Shown: one piece after another, positions 45,776-55,683 of the stretch | Numbering within the stretch: the first letter of the stretch is position 1 | How the letters are laid out: each line of letters opens with the position of its first letter | Assembly: GCA_963849325.1 (NCBI GenBank) | Contig: CAWKHF010000012.1 | Span: 32,001-96,000, forward strand | DNA from: an uncultured Planctomycetota bacterium | GTDB lineage: Bacteria > Planctomycetota > Planctomycetia > Gemmatales > Gemmataceae | Direction: 5' to 3' | Length of the DNA: 64,000 nucleotides | Translations under genes and position numbers: made by a program | Notes under the pieces: generated by a model | What the model saw: only the letters and a program-made list of their open reading frames with translations | Databases searched by the model: none | Told to the model about the DNA's origin: nothing

Positions 45776-46000
45776 ATGCGACAAGATGATCTGGCCGAAT
45801 ATCTGGATCGTCAGCCGTTCCAGCCGTTTCGCCTTTATCTTTCCACAGGAGCCTTTGTGGACATCCGTCAGCCGCAATTAGCACGGATCACTCGCTCGAC
45901 CCTCACCCTCGGCTTACCCATTGAAGGAAACCAACAACGCTTCCTGGTGATCGCCTTGATTCACATCGTCTGGCTCGAAATCCTGGTTCCCGCACCGTGA
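45776..46000 (+). CDS. Small hypothetical protein (PFQP motif family), paralog 2
   Basis: GGAGG RBS; RQPFQPFRLYLSTGAFVDIRQ. Confidence 0.75.
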   Translation: MRQDDLAEYLDRQPFQPFRLYLSTGAFVDIRQPQLARITRSTLTLGLPIEGNQQRFLVIALIHIVWLEILVPAP

Positions 46001-46022
46001 CGCCGCTCGCCGTGCGGAAATC

Positions 46023-49000
46023 TCACTTGCCGATCTCCGCTTTGTTTTTCAGCCATTTCTCGCGCAGCCGCGTGAACCAATCGCCGTCCTTGGGAGCGGG
46101 TCCGGGCAGCAGCGCGCCGATGTAGCCCGGCCAGGCGCCGCCGGCGCCGCCTTTGGCCAACGGGCTATCGGCAGCAACGCGCCAGAAATTGGGGTGTGCC
46201 GGATCCCGGGAGAGGAACTCCGCCCGATCGACAATGTCGCCGGGCGCCTGCGGGAAGACGGCGTGAGTTGCCTCCGCGGGCAGCAGACGCAGGTAACAAT
46301 TGTGGCCCACGTTCCAGGCACGAGCCGCTGCCGCCTGCCGGATGACGTTCGGGGCCGTCAAAAACCAGGAAGCCGGGCTTGATGGAGAGGTTATTCTGGA
46401 TGGCTACCGCCCCACGCGGGAAATGCTCGCCGACGAACAGGGGACACCATCCGGAGGACATGGTGTTGTTGCTCACCTCGAGAGCGCCTACCGCTCGGAC
46501 ATTGCCGATTCCGAGGTTGTAGTTCGCACCGGGGCCCTCGAAGATGTTCTGCCGGATGACGGCCTGTTGATAGCCGGCGTCCTCATACAATTTCATCAAC
46601 GGCCGGTTCTTGCACGAATCCTGGAAGTAATTGTGATAGACGAGGACGGACACGTCCTTGTTTCCTGAGCTGCTTATACGGAGTCCGCCCTCGATCCAGC
46701 ATTCACGCACACAGAACAACTTGTAGGAGCGTTCTTTTGTGTAAAGGTTGAAGAAGACGCTGTCCCAACTGCCTATGTTATGCTTGGCCTGAACTCGGCA
46801 GTTCTCCAGGACGAAGCCGCCCTGATTGACGAACAACCCGCCTCCGGTGGGGCCGCCTTCCGGCTTTGCCAGGGCATCGACGCTCGGGAAGATGAGATGG
46901 AACCCACTCAGCCGGAAGCCCCCGGCACCCATCCAAACGTGACCGAGGTACTGGTCCAGCCCGAGGAACTTCTCGGCCGATCGGGGTAGTTCGCGCAGCT
47001 CCAGCACGGTCTGCACGTCGCTGACGAGTCCCGTGTCCTCCGGAAGATCATGCACTTCCAGTCGCTCGAAATACGGGCCGCGGTCCAGTACCTTCACAAC
47101 CTCGTGGGGTTTCAGTACGTCCAGCGCCGCCTGGATGGTCTGGAACTGGCCCTTGCCGTCCTGCGAGACGGTGAGGATTGTGCGTCCCTTCAGCCATTCC
47201 GTCAGCGGCGGCGGCTCCGCTATCTGAACCGGGGCTGAGAGCGGTTTGTAAGCGGAGGCCATGTCGCCCCAGCGCTGGCGCAATCGCGTGAACCAATCGC
47301 CGTCCTTGGGAGCGGGGCCGGGTGGGAAGGCGCCGATGTAGCTCGGCCAGGCACCGCCGGCGCCACCCTTGGCCTGCGGACTGTCGGCAGGAATGTGCAG
47401 GTAATCCGGGTGGGTCGGATCCAGGGAAAGAAATTCGGGAACGGCCAGAACGTCGCTAGGGGACTTGGGCAACGACCGCAACCCCGTGTAGCAGTTATGA
47501 TCCACCTGCCAGTTCTGGATGGCCTCCGCTCGAACCGTGGACGCCTCGCGCTCCAGAATGAGGGCCGCCTCCGAGATGTTATTGCGAACCGAGATTCCTT
47601 GCTTGGGAGCGGCGCGGTCAAAGGCCAGGATGGGGCGGTGGGCGGCGAGGACGGCGGTGTTGTTGCTGATTTCAATGATCTTCGGCGTTTCCTTCACCTG
47701 GAGGAAATAGATGCCGCTTCGGGGAAAGTCGAACACATTCTGTCGAATGAGGAGCTTGTGAATGCCCTGTCCTGTTTTGGCGTTAACGTTTCCGCCGAAA
47801 ACGCCGCCCTTGAAATAATTCCGCTCGACCACGAGGGACGGTGCTCGGCCGGACCATCCTGATAAAGATAGACTTACGGTGTCAAAGAGACAGTTTCGGA
47901 CGAAGACCGGTTTGGGGTTCGGGTTCCTGTCGTCAAAAGAGAGAGTAAATTCCGGGATAGCAGCCGTGGGACTGGCGCAGCGGAAGTGACAATCTTCCAT
48001 GACGACCTCGGAAGTGCGCTGCCAGCTCATGATCTCGCCGCCGCCCTTCAGCGGTGGGGCTAGCAGACGTAGACCGCTCAGGCGGAAGCTGCCCAGAGGT
48101 GCGAAGGCATGGCCCAAACTCCAGCCGCTGGCTAAAACCTGCCATGGCGGCAATTCGAGCACGGTCTGTTGCTCGCTGATCAAGCCCGTATCTTCCGGCA
48201 ACTTGGAGGCGCGTAATATTTCCCGGTACGGCCCGCGGTCAAGCACCTTGACTACCTGATGCGGCTTAAGGGCGTCCAGCGCCGCCTGGATGGTCTTGAA
48301 CTGGCCTTTGCCGTCCTGCGAGACGGTGAGGATTGTGCGTCCCTTGAGCCATTCCGTCAGCGGCGGCGGCTCCGGTATCTGGACGGGAGGCGAGACCTTC
48401 GCCGCGTCCGGGTCATCGTGAGCGCCCTGGCGTGATGACGACTTTTTATCCTCTTCATTATCCTTTACTACAACACTACCGCCTGCCGGCACGTGGACCC
48501 TGGCGATTTCATCGCCCTGTTTGTTGCGCACGATGACGATGACCGCCAGCAGCACCGCGAGCAGCAGAGCACCGGCCGCCACGGCCACGGCGAGACGTCG
48601 CCGACGCCGTGGGGAGGCCGGAGCAGGCACGACCGCGACGACAGCGGGTTTTTTCACCTCGATGGTGCTCAGCGCCTCCGTCACTTCGCCGGCCGTGGCC
48701 GGACGTTGTGCTGGATCCTTGGCGAGCAGACGCATAATCAGGTCGGCCAGCGCCGGCGGCACGTCGGCGTTGAGTTCACTCACCGATTTCGGCTGCTCGG
48801 TCGCCAGGGCCAGCAGCAAGCTCATCGTGTTGTCGCCCTTGAACGGCAGCTGACCCGTACACAGCCGATAGAGCACGCAGCCAAGGCTGTACAGATCGCA
48901 GCGTGCATCCACCGTGTCGCCGCGCGCCTGCTCGGGCGGCATGTACGCCGGCGTGCCGACAATGGCCCCGCTCTGCGTCAGGTGGACGTCCTCGGCGTTG

Positions 49001-50083
49001 GTCCGAGCCAGGCCGAAATCGAGGATCTTGGCCCGGCCGCGCTTGCCCTCCAGCCAGACGTTGCCGGGCTTGATGTCGCGGTGAATCAGGCCGTGCTCGT
49101 GCGCCGCCGCCAAGCCGTCGGCGATCTCGCGGCCGATGCGCAGCACCTCGGCCAAGGGCAGCTTGCCCTCACGCTTGATGCGGTCCTCCAGCGATTCGCC
49201 CTCCAGAAACTCCATTGCCAAAAACGGAGCGCCGCGGTCCTCGCCGACCTGGTGGATGGTGACGATGTGATCGTGCTTGAGCTGGGCGGCGGCGCGGGCC
49301 TCACGGATGAAGCGTTGACGGGCCGAATCGTTGGCGGCCAGGGCCGGCAGCATGGCCTTGATGGCGACGAGGCGTTGCAGCTGCGGATCTTCGGCGCGGA
49401 AGACGACGCCCATACCGCCGGCGCCCAGCACCTTCAGCACGCGGTACGGCCCGAGCCGGCCGATCTCGTCCGGCGCCTGGGCGGGGGCGAGGAAGGAACA
49501 AAACTCCTTCTCCTTGTCGCTCAGCGATGCCCCCGCCAGCTTTGTCGGCTCGATCTTGGTTTCCAGGGACGCATCGCCGCTTTGGCGGGGCCGCTGATCG
49601 ATCGTCTCCATTCCTTCCGGCGGCGCCGAGCGCGTCTCCGATTTCGGCGCGGGGAGCGTCCGGGGCCGGAGCCACCCGGCCGCAGCGAGGGCACTTGACC
49701 TTTTTGCCGGCGGCCTCGTTCTTGACGCGCAACGGCTTACCGCAACCGCCACAGGAGAATGCGAACGTGCCGGCCGGACCCACAGCCTTCGTGGCGACGA
49801 TGCTCCCCGCCGCCGAGGGCGCATCGGCGGACGATCGCCGCAGCTGGATCAAGCGCTGGATCAGCGGCGCGAGGTGCTTGTCCTCCGCCGTGCCGGGAGA
49901 CGCCTGCGCCCGCCGAATCCATTCGACCAAGGTGTCCTGCGCCGGCAACGCCTGGATCTCCCGCGCGCAGGAGTCGCACGCCTCCAGGTGCCGCAACAGC
50001 GCTTCCTTGTCGGCGTCCGCCAGCTGGCCGGAAGCCAGACCGTGGTAAGCGCGGATGTCCGGGCAAGAGGTCGATGCGGTCAT
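46023..50083 (-). CDS. Membrane Ser/Thr kinase: anti-sigma-type Zn finger, Zn ribbon, kinase, TM and two beta-helix-like extracellular repeats; frameshifts near 49680 and 46350
   Basis: HLEACDSC, CGGC..CPRC, LGAGGMG, HRDIKPGN, DFGLA, GTPAYMPPE, duplicated TVSQDGKGQF.TIQAALD unit. Confidence 0.9.
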
Positions 50084-50183
50084 GGCGTACTCCTGGCGAT
50101 CGGACGACTTCGGCCGGGGATCGAGTACACATCTACCGTAAGTACGTATGCGACGTTGAAACTATACGCGAAAAAATCCAGTC

Positions 50184-50750
50184 TCAGTCCAACATGCCGG
50201 CCATCTCCTGGCGCAGGCGGTCGAGGACGCGGAAGCGAGCGGCATAGACCGCGCCGACGGTCAGACCCAACTCGACAGCGACATCCGCGGCCGGCCGGCC
50301 CTCGACGACCTGTCGCCAGAACGCCTTCCACGTCGCCGGCTGAAAATCGCGGCTCATGACGGCCAGCGCCCGGCCGACCAGCTTCTGCCGAAATTCCGCC
50401 TCCCAGAACTGTTCGGAGTCTTCGGCGGGCAGTTGGTCCTCCCAGGAGGCGGGGGCGGCCGCGACCGGCAATCGCTCCTCCTTCCGTCGGCGGTCGCGCC
50501 ACTTGTTGAGCGTGACGGTACGCAGCCAGCGGCGGAAGCTCTTGTGGCGATCGTACTCGAACGTCGGCAGCGTCTGAACGAGGGTGACGAAGACTTCCTG
50601 CACCAGGTCGGCGGCGTCCGGCTCCTGCAAACCGACCTGTCGGGCCCAGGAGTAGATGAGCGGAGAATAAAGCAGGACCAGCCGCTCCCACGCCTCCGGG
50701 GCGTTGGATTGGCGCAAACGTTCGAGCAAGCTGACAGGCGTTCGAGTCAT
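50184..50750 (-). CDS. ECF sigma-70 factor (kinase-associated planctomycete type)
   Basis: T..SLLERL..EAWERL..Y.PLIY, DAADLVQEVF, SFRRWL, AVYAARFRVL. Confidence 0.92.
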   Translation of the reverse strand: MTRTPVSLLERLRQSNAPEAWERLVLLYSPLIYSWARQVGLQEPDAADLVQEVFVTLVQTLPTFEYDRHKSFRRWLRTVTLNKWRDRRRKEERLPVAAAPASWEDQLPAEDSEQFWEAEFRQKLVGRALAVMSRDFQPATWKAFWRQVVEGRPAADVAVELGLTVGAVYAARFRVLDRLRQEMAGMLD

Positions 50751-50969
50751 GGCATGTCGATGGGCGGACGGTGAAAGATCCGTTGTGGCCTCCAGGAGGC
50801 GAGTCCGTTCCGACGTAAGGGATCGCTGAAAGAAGATCGTAACGGAGGAGTGGAGGCGGGGACAAGCGTATTTCCGTCGAGAATGCCGATTCACCCTTTG
50901 CCTAAGTGGTTGTGAGAAAGCCCCGCCTGGTAGAATGGTCTCGGCAAGCTCAAGGGCAAGGAGAGAACG

Positions 50970-51281
50970 ATGAGTGAAACCTTGGAGAGCGTGGCGCAAC
51001 GCCTCGCCGCGGTGGAGCGCGAATTGGCCGTCGTTCGGGAGCGCCTGCGTCTTCTGACGCCGGGGGAGGAAATGCCGGCCGATCACAACGTCCCCATGCT
51101 GCGTGAGGCGAGGGCCAACCAGGCGGCCCTCGCCGTCACGGCGCAAGAAGTCTTCGCGGCCCTGGGCATTTCCGGTGAGCCGGTCGAGGCGGAGGCAGCC
51201 CAGCGGCAGATGCTGTCCGAAGGCGTTCGAGCCGAGGACAACACTTTCAGCCGCGACCTCATCGACATGCGGGACGAGTGA
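50970..51281 (+). CDS. Putative antitoxin
   Basis: 103-aa ORF with RBS, directly upstream of a PIN gene. Confidence 0.6.
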   Translation: MSETLESVAQRLAAVERELAVVRERLRLLTPGEEMPADHNVPMLREARANQAALAVTAQEVFAALGISGEPVEAEAAQRQMLSEGVRAEDNTFSRDLIDMRDE

Positions 51282-51285
51282 CGCG

Positions 51286-51784
51286 ATGCGGCTCTTTCTG
51301 CTGGATGCCAGCGCTCTCGTCAAACGCTACGCCGTCGAGGCCGGCACGCCTCTGCTCAATCATCTGTTCGCGCAGGCGACGACGGCGCGGCTGCTGTGCC
51401 TGACATTAGGGGTGGCCGAAGTGGCGGCGACTCTGGCGCGAAAACGAAACCGGGGCGATCTTACCTCGACGGCCTATACTCTGGCGATGGAGAGCGCTGC
51501 GCTCGGAAGTGCTGAGGACAGGCGGTCTGGTCAAACTTCTCGCCGACGATCACTTGATTCTTCGCTCCTTGTCGCTATCGGAACGGCATACGATCAACGC
51601 CACGGACGCCGTGGTCTTGCAGGTCGCCCTCGACCTCGCCCCCACGCTCCGTACCAGCGGCGACGATCTTGTGCTGGTGGCCGCTGATCGGCGACTGTTG
51701 CAAGCGGCTCGTGCCGAGGGGTTGGCCGTCTTCGACCCGGAATCGCAGATCCAGGCCGATCTCGATGTATTGCTCGTTCCCTGA
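51286..51784 (+). CDS. vapC: PIN-domain (VapC) toxin; frameshift near 51495
   Basis: FLLDASALVKRY..E.G, DAVVL, LVAADRRL..AARAEGL. Confidence 0.85.
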
Positions 51785-51825
51785 AGCGTCAGATAGTCGC
51801 TTTGAAGTCAGGAGAAGGAGAAATC

Positions 51826-51885
51826 AGAAATCAGGGTGTCAGGAATCCTTTACGGTCTGAAAAGGTTCTTGACACCCTGATTTCT
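51826..51885. repeat. Long palindrome between convergent genes
   Basis: AGAAATCAGGGTGTCAGGAA...TTCTTGACACCCTGATTTCT. Confidence 0.8.
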
Positions 51886-52496
51886 CAACTAGATGATGCT
51901 GAAGGGGTAGATGGTCTGTCTTCCACGGCGGCAAGGCGACCCGATAGGGAGTGAACTTCCTCTTCAAGTGCCTTTACCCGTCGAAGCATGTTCCCCTCCT
52001 CTGGGTCCGCTGGCAGGTTCATCCGCCGCTTGCGGTCGTAGCTGATGCCTACATAGGGCAGCGCCCTCTTCACGTTGTTTCCAGTAATCCGAAAACCCAG
52101 ACCTTCGGAACAACGATACGCGATCACATCGAGATCCAGTTCTTGGCCCGTAACTTCCTCCTTCATCCTGTCCAGTTCTTTACAGAGCAGGTAAAACTCC
52201 CGCCCGTTCAGTTTATTTCTAATGCGCTGCCTCGTTCTTATCGCACCCCCACTCTCCTGAGAGTAACAAGGTTTTGGAAGAACCTGGCCTTGGAAACGGG
52301 AGATGCCTAACGCCTTCAACGTGGGGATAACCTCGTCAACAGGCACCTCGAATTGTAGTTGTTCAGACACCTTCCGGGCTATGTCCCGCAGGTCGATCCC
52401 TTCCCCCTCAATTTGAGGCTTCATCCTCTCGACCTCTTTCCCCAGAAGATACTGTTGTCGAGGAGTTAACTTTCCGAGCCGAGTACTCTGGTTCAT
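51885..52496 (-). CDS. Lower-GC orphan protein with two tandem internal repeats
   Basis: AGGAG RBS; KLTPRQQYLLGKEVERMK..LGIS and KLNGREFYLLCKELDRMK..VGIS. Confidence 0.75.
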   Translation of the reverse strand: MNQSTRLGKLTPRQQYLLGKEVERMKPQIEGEGIDLRDIARKVSEQLQFEVPVDEVIPTLKALGISRFQGQVLPKPCYSQESGGAIRTRQRIRNKLNGREFYLLCKELDRMKEEVTGQELDLDVIAYRCSEGLGFRITGNNVKRALPYVGISYDRKRRMNLPADPEEGNMLRRVKALEEEVHSLSGRLAAVEDRPSTPSASSS

Positions 52497-52623
52497 CACG
52501 TTCTCCTTTGAAAAACCCCGGTACGCTCTTATTCCAGAGCGTTTGTCGCTCTTTGCAGCATTATAAGAGCAATGGGATCGAAAAAACAAGGCGCAAGGCC
52601 GTGAAAAATCGAGGCGCAAGACC

Positions 52624-52670
52624 TTGACAGATAAAGACTTACTGGTAAAATGCTTATAAGCATTTTACCA
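52624..52670. promoter_or_regulatory. TTGACA-16-TAAAAT promoter-like site overlapped by a perfect 28-bp palindrome
   Basis: TGGTAAAATGCTTA|TAAGCATTTTACCA at 52643-52670. Confidence 0.55.
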
Positions 52671-53079
52671 TTGGTCTTATCCCCAATTGCAGATGTGAAA
52701 TACTTCAAACAACGACTTATTACACCGGCATATAAGCTCCCCACATATTGGCACTTTCAATTGGCCTATTTCTTATCTTTGGCTATTTCAATTAGTGACG
52801 ATCTTACATTCCGGAGTAATAGCAGGAAACAATGAGAGCGGCCCTTACAACGCTTTGGGATAGCGGAATTTATGTGTATAGTCAGAAAAAAACCAGGGCG
52901 AAAGGCATGAACTTTCGGAGCAACATTCGACTGAATCGGACTTTACACTCGGTAATCCGTGCCAGTGGCGCCGGCTGTCCGATAAGCTACTTTCGAGCAC
53001 ATCGTTCCATTCGTTCCGGACATCTTTCCTCTTTGAGATCTTTTTTTTCTGCTTCTGCCACGCCTAATCCTCACCCGCC

Positions 53080-55586
53080 CTACCGCGCTCCGCTCGTCAA
53101 TCCCGGCCCTGAGCGGCGCAGGCCATCGCTCAACCGCAGTACGAGGTACGCTCCACAGACGATCAGCACCACTCTCACCCACTGTCCGAGTGTCAACGGC
53201 GTCAGCGCGAAAAAATTGCCGACCGGCTGCCCATACAGCACTCCCAGGTAAACCAGCAATGTCGCCGCTGCTAACCAGGAGAAGCGGCGATCCCCCATCG
53301 AGGGCCGCGCTTCGCCATCGCCCAGGGCGCGCAGCAGTGTCGTCAGGCCCAGCAGAACGAGCAGCGACAACAGCAACGTCCGCTGGGTTGGCTCGTCGTC
53401 GTGCCAAACGCGGTTGGACAGTCCCAGCACGAGCAATCCGGCCGAGCCGATGACGATGCCGGTGCGGAGAGCGAAGACACCGACCTCGCGCAGGAAGTGC
53501 GGGGCCGACTCCGCTGGTGTGCGCTGGCGGCTGAGCATGATGAGGAACGCGGGCACGCCGATGGTAAGGAAGTTCAAGAGCGTCACCTGTCGCGGCAGAT
53601 AGGGAAACGGCAGGCCGAACACGCCGAGAGCGCCGACGATGAGGACCACCGTGAAGACGTTCTTGACGAGGAACAGCTTACCGGCGCGCGCAGGTTGCGG
53701 AGGATGATGCGGCCTTCCGCCAACGTCTCGGGCAGCAGGTCGAAGTTGTTGTTCTCCAGGACGATGCTGGAGACGGTCTTGCTGGCGGCGGCGCCGTCGC
53801 CCATGGCGATGCCGAGATGGGCATTCTTGATCGGCAGGACATCGTTGACGCCGTCGCCGATCATGGCGACGTGCCGCCCCTGTTTTTTCAGGGCGGCAAT
53901 GATCTCGACCTTCTGCCGCGGCGAGACGCGGCCGAAGACGCAGCGCGTGCGAATCAACTCGGCCGGGTCGGCCGCCGCCTGCAAGTCCGCCCCGGACACC
54001 ACCGGCGTCTCGGTCAGCGCCTGGACGGCGGTCGCATTCGTGCCGGCGGCCAGGGGGATGAGGATCGCTCGTACCGTGTCGGCGTGATCGCCGGAGAGGA
54101 TGCGGAAGCGAATGCCCTGGCTCGCCAACTCTTCCAGGACACGACTCGCTTCCGGCCGCAACTCGTCGCTCAGGGCGACCAGCGCCAGAGGCCGCAAAAC
54201 AAAGCCCTCCAGGGAGCCGGCGAATTTACGCTCGGGGCTGTTCTCGCTCTCGGCGAACAGCAGCACGCGCAACCCCGTGGCGAGCAAATCGCGCCATTCC
54301 GCTTCCCATCTGTCGCTATCCGAGCCGCGACCGTAAGGGAGCGGGGCGTTCTCCGCTCCCTCACGGTCGCGGCTCGGACAACGGAGGAAGGGGCGCAGCG
54401 CCTCACAGGCTCCCAGGACGAGAACGTGCTCCGCCGATCCTGAACGCACTCGGACGGCGCTGAAACGATTTTGCGACTTAAAAGGCAGTTGATCGAGCAA
54501 TTCGGCCGAGGTTTCGCCCAGGGCGGCGCAGAGCGGCGAGACCCTTACCGGCGCGATCCAGCGACGCCGAGGCGAACAGCCGCAGCCGTTCGCGGATCGC
54601 CTCTTCCGGCATCGTCTCGTCCACGACACGGATTTTTTCCAGGTGCTGCCGGTTCGTGGTCAGAGTGCCGGTCTTGTCCAGGCACAGCGTATCGATGGCG
54701 GCCATCGCCTCGACGGCGCTCAGGCGATGCACCAGGGCGCCGCGCCGGCTCATGCGCACGGCTCCCAGCACGAAGGCCAGAGTCGCCATCAGCACCAGTC
54801 CTTGCGGCACCATCGACGTGATCGTGGCCGCGATCATGGCGACGAGATCGGTCGCCGTGATGTCGCCCAGGGCGTACAGCACAGCGTAGCCGCCGCACAG
54901 GACGACGGCCGCGACGGTCAGAATGCGGAGAAGGCGATTGATGCTGTCCTGGATCGGGCTGGCGGTGTAACGATAGGAGCGTGCCTCGTGGGCGGTGCGC
55001 TGGGCGAACGAGGCAGCACCGACGCGCTCGGCGCGATAGACGCCTTCGCCGGCCACGCAGAAGCTACCCGACAGCAGCGGCTCGCCCGGCCGGCGCGGCA
55101 CCGGGTCCGACTCGCCGGTCAACAGCGCCTCGTCCACTTCGAGAAAGCGCGCTCGAGCACGGGGCCGTCGGCAACCACCGCATCGCCGGCCGCCAGCAGG
55201 AGTACGTCCTCCGCAACCACATCGCCGGCCGGCACTTCTCGGCTCTGGCCGTCGCGCACCACGCGGACGCGCGTCTCGGCCAGGAGGGTGAGTCGATCCA
55301 GGTGGCGCTTGGCGCGAACTTCCTGGGCCAGTCCGAGGACCATGTTGGTCAGGGCCATGCCGCTGACGGCCAGGGCGTCGCGATATTCGCCGAGCGCGAA
55401 GAGGGCCAGCGCGGCCGGCACGACGAGAGCGTTGAACAGGGTCAGGGTGTTGCGGGCAACGATGTCGAGGTATTCGGCGCGATTGGAGCGACGCACCCGG
55501 TTGACCTCGCCGCGCGCGACGCGCGCGGCGACCTCGGTGGACGTCAGGCCGGTAAGGTGAGTTTCCGTCCGGGTACACTGGCTCAT
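53080..55586 (-). CDS. HAD-IC P-type cation-transporting ATPase (CtpE-like); several frameshifts
   Basis: VDEALLTGES, DKTGTLT, ILSGD, FGRVSP.QK, GDGVND. Confidence 0.92.
54319..54378. repeat. REP-like palindrome family B, copy 3, in frame inside the ATPase
   Basis: 60-bp palindrome read as (C)[19 protein letters not shown](D). Confidence 0.9.
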
Positions 55587-55601
55587 CCGCGGCTCTGATT
55601 T

Positions 55602-55676
55602 TCTTCGTTTCGCCGCGACGCGCAGCGGAGCGCGGGAATAACCCGAGCTCCGCTGCGCGTCGCGGCGAAACGAAGA
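55602..55676. repeat. REP-like palindrome family C
   Basis: TCTTCGTTTCGCCGCGACGCGCAGCGGAGC...GCTCCGCTGCGCGTCGCGGCGAAACGAAGA. Confidence 0.85.
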
Positions 55677-55683
55677 CGCGCCC

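Noticed and set aside
46023-48385. Diversity-generating retroelement TR/VR pair
   Set aside because: No reverse transcriptase in the window, differences are not adenine-specific, and both copies are coding
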